A DNA stretch of 64,000 bases, taken from the NCBI GenBank assembly GCA_036679065.1, contig JAZIGN010000004.1, positions 32,001 through 96,000 on the forward strand. Reading direction: 5' to 3'. Source of the DNA: Coprothermobacterota bacterium. Lineage in GTDB: Bacteria > Coprothermobacterota > Coprothermobacteria > Coprothermobacterales > Coprothermobacteraceae. A program made the position numbers and the translations under genes. The notes under the pieces were generated by a model. The model saw nothing but the letters and a program-made list of their open reading frames with translations. It was not told where the DNA came from and did not search any database. Below are positions 10,101 to 22,366 of the stretch, in pieces. How positions within the stretch are numbered: position 1 is the first letter of the stretch; the number at the start of each line of letters is the position of its first letter.

Positions 10101-11047
10101 AAGAAGAGGATAAATCCATTGAAACCAAGCTACTTAGCGCCATCTTCGGTGAGAAACTGGACAAAGTAAAAGATACCTCTTTAAGAGTGCCACCTGCTGA
10201 AGGCGGAATCGTTGTTGATACTCAGATTCTAAGGAATAGTGAAACAGGAAAGATAAAGGCTGTTAAAGTGTTTGTGGCACAGAAGAGAAAAATCCAGCCC
10301 GGAGATAAGATGTCCGGTAGACACGGGAACAAGGGTGTGGTTTCCAGGGTATTGCCCGAGGAGGACATGCCTTTCTTGCCTGATGGCAGACCCGTGGATA
10401 TTGTGCTTAATCCCCTGGGAGTTCCTTCCAGAATGAACATTGGTCAACTGTTGGAGCTTCATCTGGGGTTGGCTGCTAAAGTCCTGGGCTTCAAGGTAGA
10501 AGTACCCCTATTCAGCAACTTTGGTGTGGAAGGCGTTAAAGAACTGCTTAAGCAAGCCGGACTGCCAGAAAACGGTAAGGTGGTTCTACGCGATGGAAGA
10601 ACGGGCGAAGAATTCCTTTCCGATGTGACTGTGGGTTACATGTACATGATGAAGCTCATCCACATGGTTGAGGACAAATGGCACGCACGTTCCACTGGAG
10701 ACTATGCACTGGTTACACAGCAGCCTCTGGGTGGAAGAGCACATTTTGGTGGCCAGAGGTTGGGAGAAATGGAAGTATGGGCGCTGGAAGCCTACGGAGC
10801 CAGCTATGTGCTTCAGGAAATGCTCACGGTGAAGTCTGACGATGTGGAAGGAAGGAAGAAAGCTTACATAGCCCTGACACGCAACCAGCCATTGGAACCA
10901 CCGCAACTTCCTGAGTCCTTCAAGGTGCTCGAGTTGGAGCTTAAAGCGCTGGGGTTCATGGTGGAGAAGCTTCAGACGGAAAAGAAAGAAAAGACTTTGG
11001 AGATACCTGGAGTGTCTCTCCCGAAGTTCACTACTGAAGAGGAGTGA
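7166..11047 (+). CDS. rpoB: RNA polymerase beta subunit
   Basis: [45 protein letters not shown]. Confidence 0.99.
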   Translation: MTARKKIWEVSGKVSKPTLSDVPYPDFLEAKKNSWNWFINEGLRELFDTYFPIEDAKGRWRIDILDYYFENDVADETGNPINTPEDAVREHATFAKRLIVKVRVHNSETGEIVEKEHVLGKRIPWMTDSGDFIVNGSRRVTLNQLVRSPGIYLEADGPLRRISLIPQRGTWIDIEYDGKNPLSMVLDRRSKKLNLATYLRALGYMSDDEIRTRLKDSALKWVEFFLNDAGFDNKKLFVMQNLLSYFNHLRSYYSSTAQTVSEFSNVLENLDVDDQLLERLEEYNVESVLDEIAESYASQYSGLDILSIFKTIVDENLKLLIDKTIDGDTSINIFSVSTVWDQIVSALRETEPLEDVVDKDGSVVVRANSPMSTRDVETFFKAHVIPMVRSGKYDIKVKVPVRGQMKAYEGWVIADDVEVDGENLEGRALDPDLAKSLRKVTDSVVLHVPIKKYFQGSAFVELEKRRTGETLSDREAERRFRQLLFDPKRNQIGRVGAYHIEHRYGIKVEDSLTDEMLAELGGILLAYCIGSTMPDDIDHLSNRRVRAIGELYYEVFASAFERLVKTARDEMINQQKEPELKLHRVLAQNILTQYVWRFVNPSEVHQLLEYTNPLTEITHKRRVTAMGRGGLSREHASIEVRDVHHTHYGRLCPIETPEGQNIGLILSLATYARLNEYGFLITPYRRVVNGEVTDEIVWMDALEEEKEYIVPADTPLDGRRINVDRVLARHRSQWVAVDKDQITLMDVSVTQPFSISASLVPFLESDDAIRALMGSNMQRQAVPLINAESPVVATGMEKHVVESLDYVIKANQDGTVSYVDGKQVKIKAEDGYEKTYQLKVFDRTNQDTVIHFRPKVKQGQKVKKGDVLAEAITSDNGELALGRNVLVAFMPWEGYNYEDAILISKRLVKDDVFTSVHIREYMVEVAELSRGRSEEITYDLPDSVSEQEKRYLDPETGIVMVGTEVKPGDILVGKVTPKEEEDKSIETKLLSAIFGEKLDKVKDTSLRVPPAEGGIVVDTQILRNSETGKIKAVKVFVAQKRKIQPGDKMSGRHGNKGVVSRVLPEEDMPFLPDGRPVDIVLNPLGVPSRMNIGQLLELHLGLAAKVLGFKVEVPLFSNFGVEGVKELLKQAGLPENGKVVLRDGRTGEEFLSDVTVGYMYMMKLIHMVEDKWHARSTGDYALVTQQPLGGRAHFGGQRLGEMEVWALEAYGASYVLQEMLTVKSDDVEGRKKAYIALTRNQPLEPPQLPESFKVLELELKALGFMVEKLQTEKKEKTLEIPGVSLPKFTTEEE

Positions 11048-14000
11048 GGCAAGGTATGGACTTTGATGCCCTAAGAGTGAGATTGGCATCCCCTGATGAA
11101 ATAAGGGCAATGTCTCATGGTGAAGTAAAAAAGAGCGAAACCGTTAACTATAGAACGAATAGGCCAGAAGCCGATGGCTTGTTCTGTGAAAAAATATTTG
11201 GTCCCACGCGTGACTACGAGTGTGCGTGTGGAAAGTACAAAGGAAGAAAATATGAAGGGCAAGTGTGCGAACGCTGTGGCGTGGAAGTAACGCGCAGTTC
11301 TGTGCGTCGGGAACGCATGGGCCACATTGAGCTTGGTACACCCATTGTGCATCCTTGGTTTTTTAGGAATGCTCAATCCAGACTGGGCTTCATGGTGGAC
11401 ATGAAGCAAAAAGATTTGGAACGAGTGATTTACTACACCTCCAATTTGGCAACTGACACGGGACCTGACATACTGCCTCGTTTGACTGTGATGAATAGTG
11501 AAAAGGCTTTGGCTTTTTCATTTTGGTTCTTGGGACAAAAGTTAGTCCTCCATTCCGTGGCGGATGTGGAGGGCATCCCTCTGGACCGTTTAGAGCTTGC
11601 CGGTACTCCTGACTTTAGTTCGGGTTTGTTACTGCTGGAAGCGGCCTTAAAAGATATCTATGATCTGCTTTCAGAGAACATTAAGACCTACAAACAGCTT
11701 TCTGTTTACAAAACGGCTAATTACGTAATCAGACGTCTGAATGAACTGATCTCCACGAGTTACGGCGTGCCCGTTCCCATGGTTAAAGAAATTTGGAGGA
11801 ATAGCGCTTACGTACTGCGTACTAACGGAGATTTCGAAGTACTCACATCTGAGCAGTATTTAATGCTTTTGCCTGACGAACAGGAGCAAGTGCTTACCGG
11901 TGTTAAGGGAATCACGGCTTTAGTAGCTTCAAAGGAAGAACTGCTCGAGTTTGTTGGAGAACAGCTGGAGAAATTCCCCACTGATATGCGCAGGATCAAT
12001 GTGAATCCTGTGGCCAGCGGCAGACACATAACCAAGGATGAATTCATCGAATGTGTGAAAGCTCCCGTATTCAGTGATGGTAAGTGGCTGCCTTTCGAGG
12101 AAGCCCTTGAGCTTTACAGCAGAGGTGCGACCATTACCAGCTCCAGTTTCATCATGCATTTGGTTTCAGAGGTTTTCGGGGCTTTCAACTTAAAGAGAAG
12201 CGAACTACTTAGCAAAGCTGGTGCTGCTGCCGATAACGAAGATAAGCAGTATCTCTTAGGTAAAATGGTTGCTACTACGTTGGGTACGGGGGATTTTGAA
12301 TCGGCGTTGTCTAAAATTGTTTCAGGTGCTTACAGTGTAGTTCCTTATTACCACGTGGAAGCGGTGCCATCTCCTGGTGTGAACAAGTACAAGGTCATGG
12401 CAAGAGGATTGGCTTTGTCGCTACAGAATTTGGTAGCAGATATTCAGCAAATAAGAGAAGTACTTGATCAACGCAATTTAACATGGGAAGAGCAGCGTCC
12501 ACTCATCGAGAAAGATGTCAGATTTGTGTTGGCAGCCTTGGGTCTGGAAGATATTGACATTGACAAGATATTGGATGGCGGCTACGAGGTTGTAAATAAT
12601 TTTGGCTATTTCAGTGTGATGCCCAGAGAAGGGCAAAGCATGGAAGATGTGCTTAGAAATGCTTGCTCCATGGTGCTTAAAGATGTTACCAGACTTTTGG
12701 ATCGTGTTCAGGATTACGAGATCCTCATCGATGATGACAAGGAAAGAGCACTGCAGATCATTAAACACGTACTGGGAGCAGAGCTGTCAGATGAGGAGGA
12801 ATCAGATTTAGTAGTTACTGGCCATGAGCTGAAATTGATAAGAGGTTTGAGGCCGGTTTCTCAAGATCAGGTTTGGCAAATGCTCACATTGCTTCTCAGC
12901 GAAGCATTCACAAGGGACAATGTATTTGCAGCTGAGGTTTTCAGGAGATTGGGCTTTGAAGATGGAGAAGAACTTTTTGAAACTCTTAGCAAGCAACTCG
13001 TCGTTTCCACCTCTTTTGTGGCGCCTCGGGTGAACCCACTTGATCTGCTCAGTGATGAAGAAGCTGAAGCATACAGGCTTCTCATTGACGTGGACATCTT
13101 GAGAAATGAAGAGCCACTTCTGAGAACCCTCACAGGTGGGGAAGCCATCAAAGAACTACTTGAAAAGAACTACAGCCCGGATAAACTGCAGGACTGGGTG
13201 GATTACTTAGTGGAACAGCTTGAGGAAGCTTCTGGACAAAAGAAGCAGAAGCTTACAAAACGGCTGCAAGTAGTAAACGGTTTTCTCAGGAGCAAGACCA
13301 ACCCTTCTTGGATGGTGCTGGAGGTATTACCCGTATTGCCTCCTGATCTAAGACCACTCATTTTCGACAAGAATGAGCGTGCTAAATCTTCGGATTTAAA
13401 TGAACTTTATAGGAGAATCATAAACCGCAACCTGAGACTCAAGAGGCTCAGAGAACAAAAGGCTCCTGACCTAATTATTAGGAACGAAATGAGGCTGCTG
13501 CAGGAAGCAGTGGAAGCTCTCATTGATAACAGCAGAAAAGATAAACCGGTCAAGGACTCCAGAGGAAGACAGCTTAAATCGCTTACAGATAAACTTAGCG
13601 GTAAGCAGGGTAGGTTCAGACAGAATCTACTGGGTAAAAGGGTGGACTACAGCGGTCGTTCTGTCATTGTGATTGGGCCCGATCTGAAACTGAATCAGAC
13701 TGGTATCCCCAGAATCATGGCAGCAGAGCTGTTTAAACCCATGCTCATTGGCGAACTACAAAGAAGGGAAATAGCAAGTACTGCCAAACAGGCTAAGAAA
13801 ATGATCGAGAGCTATGATCCTCGCATATGGCCTGTGCTGGCTGACATCGTGAAGGGTTACTATGTGCTCCTGAACCGAGCTCCCACACTTCACAGGCCTA
13901 GCATACAAGCCTTTGAACCTGTATTGGTGGATTCAAAAGCCATTTCTGTTCCGCCCATGATCTGTCCTCCGTTCAACGCTGACTTTGACGGTGACCAGAT

Positions 14001-17000
14001 GGCAGTTCATGTTCCGCTTTCCAATCAGGCTCTGTCAGAAGCTCATGGTGAGCCTTTGGCTGCTCCTACGCAGGATTTGGTCATGGGGCCTTATTTCTTG
14101 ACGGCCGATGTTGAAGGTGACTTTAAGGGTGATGGAGCGATTTTCTACACCGCTCGCGAGGTGGAAAGGGCTCTGGAAACGAATAAGGTTGACCTGCATG
14201 CCCATATCTGGTATGTGCCACTACTCAAAGGAGCCAGTTCTGCTCATGGTGCAATTCAGGAAATCGATACAGCAAAGAAGGGCAATACCACAGTGGGTAG
14301 GGTCATATTCAACCACTTCATAAATCAGCGGCTTGCTGAAAATGGACTTCAGACGCTGCCTTTCGCTAACGAAACTATGACGAAGAAAGTTCTTTACAAC
14401 TACATAAACGATGCCATTGACAGGTTGGGGCTAAGTGACTCCATTCACGTGCTGGACGCCATAAAAGAGCTTGGCTTTAAATACGCCACGTTCTCTGGCT
14501 TGACCATAAGTGCTCTGGATCTTAGCGTGGTGCCCTCTAAAGAGAAACTCGTAGAGGAAGCTCGTGAGAAGATTGAAAGAATAGAGCAGGAATACAACTT
14601 CGGACGACTCACGGTGGAAGAACGCTACGAGAAAATAGTCAACATTTGGCGAGATGTGGTGGAACAGGTTACCGATAGCTTGACTGATTATTTCAAGGAA
14701 ACGGATCACCTTTACATGATGTTCACCTCTGGCGCCAGAGGAAACAAAGACCAGGTGCGACAGTTGGTGGGCCTGAGAGGTTTGATGGCAGACCCCACAG
14801 GTAGGATCATTGAATACCCCATTATTGACTCTTTGCTGGAAGGTTTGACGATACAGGAGTACTTTGTAAGCACTCACGGTGCACGTAAAGGACAAGCTGA
14901 TACGGCTTTAAAGACCGCTGACGCGGGTTACCTTACCAGGCGTTTGGTGGATGTGGTGCAGTCGGTGACCATTACAGAGGATGACCACGCCGTGGTAAGT
15001 GTAGGACCCAAGACTTACGAAAACGTGGCTGCCGCATTGGTGGGACGTTTTGCTGAGGAAGACGTGACACTGCCTGGCTTTGACGAACCAGTGGTTCGCA
15101 GAGGTCAAGTCATTGGTGTTGAAGAAGCACAGCTCATAGCTGAGGCAGGCATTGAAATACTGGTAAGACGCGACATGGAAATGGTGCGGGTTTCTGATTT
15201 GCTTGATCCTGACAATTTTGTTTATGGTCTGAACCACGCAAACTTCGTACTCCCAGGTGAAATGCGCATTGGTGACGAGGTACTGCCAAAGGGGACAAAG
15301 GTGACTCCTTCCTTGGCTTATCGTCTAAAAGAGCTGGGTGTAGAAGATTTAGTCGTTAAGCGTGAAGAAGGTCTACTTGTAAGGGATCTGGAAGCCACTG
15401 ATGGCAGTGTCATAGCTGAGTTGGGTAGCCGTATTTGGGGACGTTTTGCCGCAGAAGACATTGTTGACCCCAGCACTGGTCAAATCCTAGTCAGAGCAGG
15501 GCAAGAAATAACTGCCCAAGATGCACAGAGAATTGACCGCGCAGGTGTTAAATCTGTGAAGATTCACAGCCCCATCACATGTCTCAGTGAAGATGGCGTT
15601 TGTGTGACTTGCTATGGTAGGGACTTATCCAGAAGAAGACTGGTGGAAAAAGGCGAGAGTGTGGGCGTGGTAGCTGCTCAGTCCATTGGAGAACCGGGCA
15701 CTCAGCTAACACTTAGGACGTTCCACACAGGCGGCGTAGCTGGAGAGGATATCACAGGTGGTCTGCCGCGAGTAGAGGAGCTTTTCGAGGCGAGAAAGAA
15801 AAATGCCTTAACGGATATCGTGCTTCCACTGCAGGATTTCTTTGCCGTGTTTGACGGTGCGGAGCAGAAGATTGAACGCTACGTTTCTAATGCCATGGAA
15901 TCCTTTGTCGGTGAACTGGACAATGTGTTAAAGGCGCACCTTAACGAAATTGAAGATCCTGATGCGGCAAAGAACCTCAAGAAGATTGTAAGGAATTGGT
16001 TCTCAGATTTGGGCAACGTGCTTAACGAGCACCTGTTCCAGATAAGGCACGAGCTGCTGCAGGGATACGATTGGAATGGCCTGAACTTGAGTAGTCTGAA
16101 CAGAGCGAACGAAATGATGGAGGAGCTTTATCAGCTTCTGGAGAGGAAAGCTGGAGAATTCGAGCGTGTTTTCATGGACGCTCTTCATGCTGCTTCGCTT
16201 GAGGAACACGTTGGCTCTCTTAGTGGTCACTTCCGTGAAAAACTTGACAATGTGCAGAACACACTAAGAAGTGAACTTAGCATTGTTCCTTGGTACATTG
16301 CCGTGGCTGCTGGAATAAAGGGTGACGATCCTGCACAGCTCAAAAACTTCTTTGCTGGTTACGCTGACAGTTTGCATGTTGGCGATGTGGATTTTTCATT
16401 TGACATTGATGCTAAGCGTCCGACGAAGAAAGGTAAGTTAGTTGCCATGGCACCCATGGACGGCGTAGTTCAGGAGACATTCACGGTGACTGAGCATGGG
16501 CAAGAGCTGTTCACCATAATCGTGGTAAAGCAGGGTGATTCCTTTGGAGCTTTTGTAACCAACGCGGAATCCAGGAAACTCAGAATACGTCCTGACGACA
16601 TGGGCACAAAGTACCTATTCCCGGGTTACCGTCTTGTATTCGACAGCATTGATGCTTCGCTACTACTTAGGGCTTTTGGTAAGAACGCTGCAGCTGACTA
16701 CCTCATAGGTGAGATCAAAAGCGTTTATGCATCTCAGAAAGTGGAAATCAACGACAAGCATTTTGAGGTCGTACTCAGGCAAATGTTCTCGAAGGTATTC
16801 ATTGACGAATCTGGTGATTCTGTGGAAATGCTTCCGGGCGATGTAGTGGAGTGGACTGATTATGAGCAGGAAGTTAGATATTGGACTTTGCAAGGCAAAA
16901 AGGCTCCCAGAGGGCGTCAGCTTTGCATGGGAGTAACTAAGGTGTCAAAGTCTTCGAAGAGCTGGCTTGCAGCTGCTTCGTTCCAGGAGACACCGCAAGT

Positions 17001-17127
17001 GCTTGTAGATGCGGCTATTGCAGGCAAAGTGGATAAGTTAAAAGGGCTCAAAGAAAATGTTATAATAGCTCGGAGGATACCCGCTGGTACAGGTATCTAC
17101 AAGGAAGAAGACTTTATCATAGAGTAA
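11044..17127 (+). CDS. rpoC: RNA polymerase beta' subunit, 2027 aa with large inserts
   Basis: N-terminal Zn ribbon, NADFDGD, bridge helix, [19 protein letters not shown]. Confidence 0.99.
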   Translation: MRQGMDFDALRVRLASPDEIRAMSHGEVKKSETVNYRTNRPEADGLFCEKIFGPTRDYECACGKYKGRKYEGQVCERCGVEVTRSSVRRERMGHIELGTPIVHPWFFRNAQSRLGFMVDMKQKDLERVIYYTSNLATDTGPDILPRLTVMNSEKALAFSFWFLGQKLVLHSVADVEGIPLDRLELAGTPDFSSGLLLLEAALKDIYDLLSENIKTYKQLSVYKTANYVIRRLNELISTSYGVPVPMVKEIWRNSAYVLRTNGDFEVLTSEQYLMLLPDEQEQVLTGVKGITALVASKEELLEFVGEQLEKFPTDMRRINVNPVASGRHITKDEFIECVKAPVFSDGKWLPFEEALELYSRGATITSSSFIMHLVSEVFGAFNLKRSELLSKAGAAADNEDKQYLLGKMVATTLGTGDFESALSKIVSGAYSVVPYYHVEAVPSPGVNKYKVMARGLALSLQNLVADIQQIREVLDQRNLTWEEQRPLIEKDVRFVLAALGLEDIDIDKILDGGYEVVNNFGYFSVMPREGQSMEDVLRNACSMVLKDVTRLLDRVQDYEILIDDDKERALQIIKHVLGAELSDEEESDLVVTGHELKLIRGLRPVSQDQVWQMLTLLLSEAFTRDNVFAAEVFRRLGFEDGEELFETLSKQLVVSTSFVAPRVNPLDLLSDEEAEAYRLLIDVDILRNEEPLLRTLTGGEAIKELLEKNYSPDKLQDWVDYLVEQLEEASGQKKQKLTKRLQVVNGFLRSKTNPSWMVLEVLPVLPPDLRPLIFDKNERAKSSDLNELYRRIINRNLRLKRLREQKAPDLIIRNEMRLLQEAVEALIDNSRKDKPVKDSRGRQLKSLTDKLSGKQGRFRQNLLGKRVDYSGRSVIVIGPDLKLNQTGIPRIMAAELFKPMLIGELQRREIASTAKQAKKMIESYDPRIWPVLADIVKGYYVLLNRAPTLHRPSIQAFEPVLVDSKAISVPPMICPPFNADFDGDQMAVHVPLSNQALSEAHGEPLAAPTQDLVMGPYFLTADVEGDFKGDGAIFYTAREVERALETNKVDLHAHIWYVPLLKGASSAHGAIQEIDTAKKGNTTVGRVIFNHFINQRLAENGLQTLPFANETMTKKVLYNYINDAIDRLGLSDSIHVLDAIKELGFKYATFSGLTISALDLSVVPSKEKLVEEAREKIERIEQEYNFGRLTVEERYEKIVNIWRDVVEQVTDSLTDYFKETDHLYMMFTSGARGNKDQVRQLVGLRGLMADPTGRIIEYPIIDSLLEGLTIQEYFVSTHGARKGQADTALKTADAGYLTRRLVDVVQSVTITEDDHAVVSVGPKTYENVAAALVGRFAEEDVTLPGFDEPVVRRGQVIGVEEAQLIAEAGIEILVRRDMEMVRVSDLLDPDNFVYGLNHANFVLPGEMRIGDEVLPKGTKVTPSLAYRLKELGVEDLVVKREEGLLVRDLEATDGSVIAELGSRIWGRFAAEDIVDPSTGQILVRAGQEITAQDAQRIDRAGVKSVKIHSPITCLSEDGVCVTCYGRDLSRRRLVEKGESVGVVAAQSIGEPGTQLTLRTFHTGGVAGEDITGGLPRVEELFEARKKNALTDIVLPLQDFFAVFDGAEQKIERYVSNAMESFVGELDNVLKAHLNEIEDPDAAKNLKKIVRNWFSDLGNVLNEHLFQIRHELLQGYDWNGLNLSSLNRANEMMEELYQLLERKAGEFERVFMDALHAASLEEHVGSLSGHFREKLDNVQNTLRSELSIVPWYIAVAAGIKGDDPAQLKNFFAGYADSLHVGDVDFSFDIDAKRPTKKGKLVAMAPMDGVVQETFTVTEHGQELFTIIVVKQGDSFGAFVTNAESRKLRIRPDDMGTKYLFPGYRLVFDSIDASLLLRAFGKNAAADYLIGEIKSVYASQKVEINDKHFEVVLRQMFSKVFIDESGDSVEMLPGDVVEWTDYEQEVRYWTLQGKKAPRGRQLCMGVTKVSKSSKSWLAAASFQETPQVLVDAAIAGKVDKLKGLKENVIIARRIPAGTGIYKEEDFIIE

Positions 17128-17183
17128 AAAAGTAGTGTACACTTTTGAAGTGATGCTATTAGGTAAATCAGGAGGTGTTTGTA

Positions 17184-17564
17184 TTGCCGACGTTTAACCA
17201 GTTGGTCAAATATGGCCGCGAGAAAGTAAAAACGAAATCGAAGTCGCAGGCTTTGGAAGGCAACCCTCAGAAGAGGGGTGTTTGCCTGGTAGTGCGTACG
17301 ATGACGCCGAAGAAGCCTAACTCGGCTCTGAGGAAGATCGCCAGAGTACGTTTGTCTAACGGCTACGAGGTTTTGGCGTACATACCTGGTATTGGTCATA
17401 ACCTGCAGGAGCACTCTGTGGTTCTTGTCAGGGGCGGACGTGTAAAGGACTTACCAGGTGTACGTTATCACATCGTTCGAGGTGTTTACGACGCTGCAGG
17501 AGTTGAAGATAGAAGGCAGGGCCGTTCTAAATACGGCGCTAAGAGACCAAAAGGAGGAAGTTAA
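17184..17564 (+). CDS. rpsL: 30S protein S12
   Basis: [21 protein letters not shown] start. Confidence 0.98.
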   Translation: MPTFNQLVKYGREKVKTKSKSQALEGNPQKRGVCLVVRTMTPKKPNSALRKIARVRLSNGYEVLAYIPGIGHNLQEHSVVLVRGGRVKDLPGVRYHIVRGVYDAAGVEDRRQGRSKYGAKRPKGGS

Positions 17565-17567
17565 GAC

Positions 17568-18038
17568 ATGCCCAGAGGAGGAAGTCCAACACCACGTACT
17601 GTGCCAGCTGACCCCATTTATGGTAGTGTGCTGGTTGCGAAGCTAATAAACAAGGTCATGGTCGGTGGTAAGAAATCTAAGGCGGAGAAAATTGTTTATG
17701 AAGCGCTAAGAATTGCTTCTGAGCAATTGAATGAAGACCCCATTGCGATTCTTACAAAAGCCATTGAGAATACGAAGCCCCTGGTAGAAACCAGGTCGCG
17801 CCGTATTGGTGGTGCCGTTTACCAAATACCAGTGGAGGTACCCGAAAGGCGTGCTTTGGCTTTGGCTCTTAGGTGGATTGTAAATGGTGCTCGTGACAGG
17901 GGCGCCGGAGAGATGGAAAAGAAGTTGGCTGCCGAGTTAGTAGACGCTTATAAGGGCCAGGGTTATGCCGCTAAGAGGCGGGAAGAAATCCATAGAATGG
18001 CAGAGGCTAATAAGGCGTTTGCTCACTTGAGATGGTGA
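17568..18038 (+). CDS. rpsG: 30S protein S7
   Basis: RRIGGAVYQIP, MAEANKAFAH. Confidence 0.98.
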   Translation: MPRGGSPTPRTVPADPIYGSVLVAKLINKVMVGGKKSKAEKIVYEALRIASEQLNEDPIAILTKAIENTKPLVETRSRRIGGAVYQIPVEVPERRALALALRWIVNGARDRGAGEMEKKLAAELVDAYKGQGYAAKRREEIHRMAEANKAFAHLRW

Positions 18039-18044
18039 TAATTA

Positions 18045-20144
18045 ATGACGGATCACAGGGAATACACGCTAGAGAGAACACGCAACATTGGCATTGCAGC
18101 TCACATAGATGCTGGTAAAACCACAACTACTGAGCGAATTCTATTCTTTACTGGAAAGAGCCACAAACTGGGTGAAGTCCATGATGGGACTGCCACCATG
18201 GACTTCATGGATCAAGAGAAAGAGCGTGGCATAACCATAATGGCAGCTGCTACCACGTGCTTCTGGAAGGATCACAGAATCAATATCATTGATACGCCCG
18301 GACATGTGGACTTTACAATTGAGGTGGAACGTTCGCTTAGGGTGCTTGATGGCGCCGTTGTGGTCATAGATGCTGTTGCTGGTGTGCAGCCTCAAACCGA
18401 AACTGTGTGGCGTCAGGCTGACAGGTACAGCGTACCACGTATTGTTTTTGTAAATAAAATGGACCGCAATGGTGCAAACTTCTTAAGAGCCATCAACACC
18501 ATGAAAGAAAGACTTGGCGTAAATGCCGTGCCCGTGCAGCTCATGATTGGCAGTGAAGAGAACTTCCAGGGAGTAGTGGACCTTATTGAGAGAAAAGCCT
18601 ATTACTGGACTGATGTGCTTGGCACATCTTTCGAAGAAAGACCCATCCCTGCCGACATGCTTGATTTGGTGGAGGAATACCGCGAAAAGTTGGTAGAAGC
18701 CGCGGTGGAGATGGACGATGAGGTCATGGAAAAGTACTTGGAAGGCGAGGATATCAGTGCTGATGAGATAAGAATGTGTCTACGAAAGGGCACAATACAG
18801 AGAAAAATTGTTCCGGTCCTGGGTGGTTCAGCTTACAAGAATAAGGGTATTCAACCACTGTTGGACGCAGTAGTTTACTACTTACCTAGCCCATTGGACC
18901 TGCCACCAGTGAGGGGCATCAATCCCAAGACAAATGAAGAGGAAGAAAGGGAGCCTTTGGACAGCGAACCACTGGCGGCTTTCATATTTAAGATACAGAC
19001 TGACCCCTACGTGGGTAAATTGGCGTGGGTCAGGGTGTACTCTGGTGTTTTGCATGCCGGTTCTTATGTTTACAACGTAACAAAGGACTCAAAGGAAAGA
19101 GTATCTAGGCTTTTAAGGATGCATGCCAGCCACAGAGAAGACGTAGAAGCCATTGGTGCTGGTGACTTGGGTGCCATAGTGGGAATGCGGAATGTGACAA
19201 CGGGTGACACTTTGGCTGATGAAAATGCACCTATCATATTGGAGTCCCTGTTTGTACCTGAACCAGTTATTTCGCTTTCCATTGAACCTAAGACTCAGCA
19301 AGACCAAGACAGACTTTCCATGGGTCTACAGCGCTTATCTGAAGAAGATCCTACCTTCCGAGTAAAGGTTGATCAGGAAACTGGTGAAACCATAATCTCT
19401 GGTATGGGAGAACTGCATCTGGAAATCATCGTGGATAGGCTGCGTAGGGAATTCAAGGTGGATGCCAATATTGGAAAGCCACAGGTTTCCTACAGAGAGA
19501 CCATCAAGAAGCCTGTCAGGACTGAGGGCAAGTACATAAGACAGAGCGGTGGTAGAGGTCAGTACGGTCACGTAGTTGTGGAGTTTGAGCCTTTACCAAG
19601 AGGAACTGGTATCATTTTTGAGAATAAGATTGTTGGTGGAGTAATCCCCAAGGAGTACATTCCGGCTGTGGAAAAGGGTATCAGAGAGGCTTTTGAAAAC
19701 GGCGTTATTGCCGGATACCCCATAGTCGATGTAAAAGCCACCCTGGTCGATGGTTCCTATCATGAGGTAGACTCTTCTGAGATCGCCTTCCACTTAGCTG
19801 CGGCAAGAGCTGTCAGGATGGGCATACCTCAGGCTGATCCAGTTCTTTTGGAGCCCATCATGAAAGTGGAAGTAGTAGTTCCAGAAGATTACATGGGAGA
19901 TGTCATGGGTGACTTGAGTTCCAGACGCGGAAGAATCATGGGTATTGAAGCGCAGGGGCACCTGCAGGAAATCAGAGCAGAGGTGCCACTTGCTGAGATG
20001 TTTGGTTATGCAACTGTATTGCGCTCTCTTACACAGGGCCGTGGTAGTTTTGTTATGGAATTCTCTCATTATGAGGAAGTTCCGTCTAAGATTGCAGAGA
20101 CCATCATTGAGTCCAGAGGGAAATTAAGGAGGAGTGAAGAGTAA
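18045..20144 (+). CDS. fusA: Elongation factor G
   Basis: [27 protein letters not shown]. Confidence 0.99.
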   Translation: MTDHREYTLERTRNIGIAAHIDAGKTTTTERILFFTGKSHKLGEVHDGTATMDFMDQEKERGITIMAAATTCFWKDHRINIIDTPGHVDFTIEVERSLRVLDGAVVVIDAVAGVQPQTETVWRQADRYSVPRIVFVNKMDRNGANFLRAINTMKERLGVNAVPVQLMIGSEENFQGVVDLIERKAYYWTDVLGTSFEERPIPADMLDLVEEYREKLVEAAVEMDDEVMEKYLEGEDISADEIRMCLRKGTIQRKIVPVLGGSAYKNKGIQPLLDAVVYYLPSPLDLPPVRGINPKTNEEEEREPLDSEPLAAFIFKIQTDPYVGKLAWVRVYSGVLHAGSYVYNVTKDSKERVSRLLRMHASHREDVEAIGAGDLGAIVGMRNVTTGDTLADENAPIILESLFVPEPVISLSIEPKTQQDQDRLSMGLQRLSEEDPTFRVKVDQETGETIISGMGELHLEIIVDRLRREFKVDANIGKPQVSYRETIKKPVRTEGKYIRQSGGRGQYGHVVVEFEPLPRGTGIIFENKIVGGVIPKEYIPAVEKGIREAFENGVIAGYPIVDVKATLVDGSYHEVDSSEIAFHLAAARAVRMGIPQADPVLLEPIMKVEVVVPEDYMGDVMGDLSSRRGRIMGIEAQGHLQEIRAEVPLAEMFGYATVLRSLTQGRGSFVMEFSHYEEVPSKIAETIIESRGKLRRSEE

Positions 20145-21361
20145 TGGCGAAGGAGAAGTTTGAGAGGACGAAGCCGCACGTAAATGTAGGGACCATAGGG
20201 CACATAGACCATGGGAAGACGACACTAACAGCAGCGATAACACAGACGTTAGCAGCGGAAGGGCTAGCGAAGCCGCAGGGATACTTTGACATAGACAAAG
20301 CACCGGAAGAGAAAGCAAGAGGGATAACGATAAACATCACGCACGTAGAATACGAGACACCGAAGAGGCACTATGCGCACATAGACTGTCCAGGGCACGC
20401 AGACTACATCAAGAACATGATCACAGGTGCAGCGCAGATGGACGGAGCGGTACTGGTGGTAGCAGCGACAGACGGAGTGATGCCGCAGACAAGGGAGCAC
20501 GTGTTACTGGCTAGGCAAGTGAACGTACCGGCGATGGTAGTATTCATCAACAAGACAGACATGGTAGACGATCCAGAGTTAGTGGAGCTAGTGGAGATGG
20601 AAGTAAGGGACCTACTTAACCGATACGGATTTCCTGGAGACGAAGTACCAGTGATAAAGGGATCGGCATTAGAGGCATTAGAGGTACTGAGCAAGAATCC
20701 GCAGACGAAGCGTGGAGAGAACGAATGGGTAGACCGTATATGGGAACTAATAGATGCGATGGACAGTTACATACCGGACCCAGTAAGGGAAGTAGACAAG
20801 CCATTCCTGATGCCGATAGAGGACGTATTTAGCATAACAGGGCGAGGGACAGTAGTCACAGGAAGGGTAGAGCGAGGAAGGCTAAAGGTAGGAGAAGAAG
20901 TAGAGATAGTAGGGTTACGAGGTGGAGTAAGGAAGACAGTAGTGACAGGTATAGAGATGTTCCGGAAGACGTTAGATGAAGCGATGGCAGGAGACAACGT
21001 AGGTTTACTGCTAAGGGGCATAGGGAAAGACGAAGTAGAGCGTGGAGAAGTAGTAGCGAAGGTAGGGTCAATAAGGCCGTACACGAAGTTCAGGGCACAG
21101 GTGTATGTGTTGAAGAAAGAGGAAGGTGGAAGGCACACACCGTTCTTCAACGGATACAGGCCGCAGTTTTACATCAGGACAACAGACGTGACGGGGACAA
21201 TAAAGCTGGACCCGGGAGTAGAGATGGTCATGCCAGGAGACAATGCAGAATTTGAAGTAGAGCTTATCTACCCAGTGGCATTAGAAGAGGGCATGAGATT
21301 TGCAATCAGAGAAGGCGGAAGGACAGTAGGAGCTGGTGTTATCACCAAGCTCTTGGAATAA
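20144..21361 (+). CDS. tuf: Elongation factor Tu, copy 1
   Basis: [25 protein letters not shown]. Confidence 0.99.
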   Translation: MAKEKFERTKPHVNVGTIGHIDHGKTTLTAAITQTLAAEGLAKPQGYFDIDKAPEEKARGITINITHVEYETPKRHYAHIDCPGHADYIKNMITGAAQMDGAVLVVAATDGVMPQTREHVLLARQVNVPAMVVFINKTDMVDDPELVELVEMEVRDLLNRYGFPGDEVPVIKGSALEALEVLSKNPQTKRGENEWVDRIWELIDAMDSYIPDPVREVDKPFLMPIEDVFSITGRGTVVTGRVERGRLKVGEEVEIVGLRGGVRKTVVTGIEMFRKTLDEAMAGDNVGLLLRGIGKDEVERGEVVAKVGSIRPYTKFRAQVYVLKKEEGGRHTPFFNGYRPQFYIRTTDVTGTIKLDPGVEMVMPGDNAEFEVELIYPVALEEGMRFAIREGGRTVGAGVITKLLE

Positions 21362-21380
21362 CTCAGAGGAGTGAGAAGTA

Positions 21381-21689
21381 ATGTCAGCACAACGAATACG
21401 AATAAAACTACGCTCATATGATCACAGGTTACTGGACCAATCAGCAAAGCGCATTGTGGAAGTAGCTAAGAGAACGGGCGCGAAGGTAGCTGGTCCCATA
21501 CCGCTGCCCACGGATCGCAGAGTGTACTGTGTGACTCGTTCTCCACATGTTGACAAAGATTCCAGAGAACATTTCGAGATAAAGATGCACAAGCGTCTCA
21601 TCGACATCATCGATCCAACTCAAGAAACAGTATCTAACTTGATGAGCTTGGAGCTTCCCGCTGGGGTCGATATACATCTGAAGCTTTAG
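21381..21689 (+). CDS. rpsJ: 30S protein S10
   Basis: [21 protein letters not shown]. Confidence 0.98.
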   Translation: MSAQRIRIKLRSYDHRLLDQSAKRIVEVAKRTGAKVAGPIPLPTDRRVYCVTRSPHVDKDSREHFEIKMHKRLIDIIDPTQETVSNLMSLELPAGVDIHLKL

Positions 21690-21704
21690 GGATGGTGAAA
21701 AGAA

Positions 21705-22364
21705 GTGAAAGGAATAGGACTACTCGGTAAAAAAATTGGCATGAGCCGCTTCATTGATGAAAAAGGCGTGTTTATTCCTGTCACACTTATTAAGGCGGGA
21801 CCAAACTACGTAGTAAGCGTGAAGAAAGATAAAGATGGTCGGGAATCAGTTGCCTTGGGTTTTGAAGTGGTAAAAGAGAAAGCCCTAAACAAACCAGAAT
21901 TAGGTGTTCTAAAGAAAGCTGGTGTACCACCAGTTAGGTTTGTTAGGGAGTTCAGATATCCTGGCATCAGTGAAAAGTTTGAAGTGGGTCAGGAAGTTAA
22001 CGTGGCAGATGTGTTCGAAGATGGAGAATTTGTGGACGTGGTAGGCACGAGCAAAGGCCGCGGTTTTGCTGGAGCCATGAAACGTTGGGGATTTGCTGGA
22101 GGCCCAAAAACTCACGGAACACGTGGGTGGCACAGAAGAGTGGGCGCCATCGGTAACAGAACATATCCTGGAGAGGTAAAACCGGGCAAGAAGATGCCTG
22201 GACATTACGGCAATACCCAGGTAACTGTGAGGAATCTTAAGATTGTTAAGGTCATACCAGAGCAGAACATCATAGCCGTTAAGGGCTCAGTACCCGGATC
22301 CAGAAACGGTCTCGTACTCGTTAGAAAAGCTTACGGACTTGGACCTGAAGGAAGGAGTGAGTAG
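21705..22364 (+). CDS. rplC: 50S protein L3
   Basis: GKKIGMS, SKGRGFAG, KGSVPG. Confidence 0.98.
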   Translation: MKGIGLLGKKIGMSRFIDEKGVFIPVTLIKAGPNYVVSVKKDKDGRESVALGFEVVKEKALNKPELGVLKKAGVPPVRFVREFRYPGISEKFEVGQEVNVADVFEDGEFVDVVGTSKGRGFAGAMKRWGFAGGPKTHGTRGWHRRVGAIGNRTYPGEVKPGKKMPGHYGNTQVTVRNLKIVKVIPEQNIIAVKGSVPGSRNGLVLVRKAYGLGPEGRSE

Positions 22365-22366
22365 GG

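Noticed and set aside
11044..17127. Inteins explaining the oversized RpoC/RpoB
   Set aside because: No Cys/Ser-start with His-Asn end junctions or LAGLIDADG motifs seen at insert borders
17184..17564. Streptomycin-resistance changes in S12
   Set aside because: PKKPNS and RVKDLP motifs are canonical
20264..21150. Antisense ORFs within tuf, repeated at copy 2
   Set aside because: Shadows of codon bias and the duplication; no protein-like features
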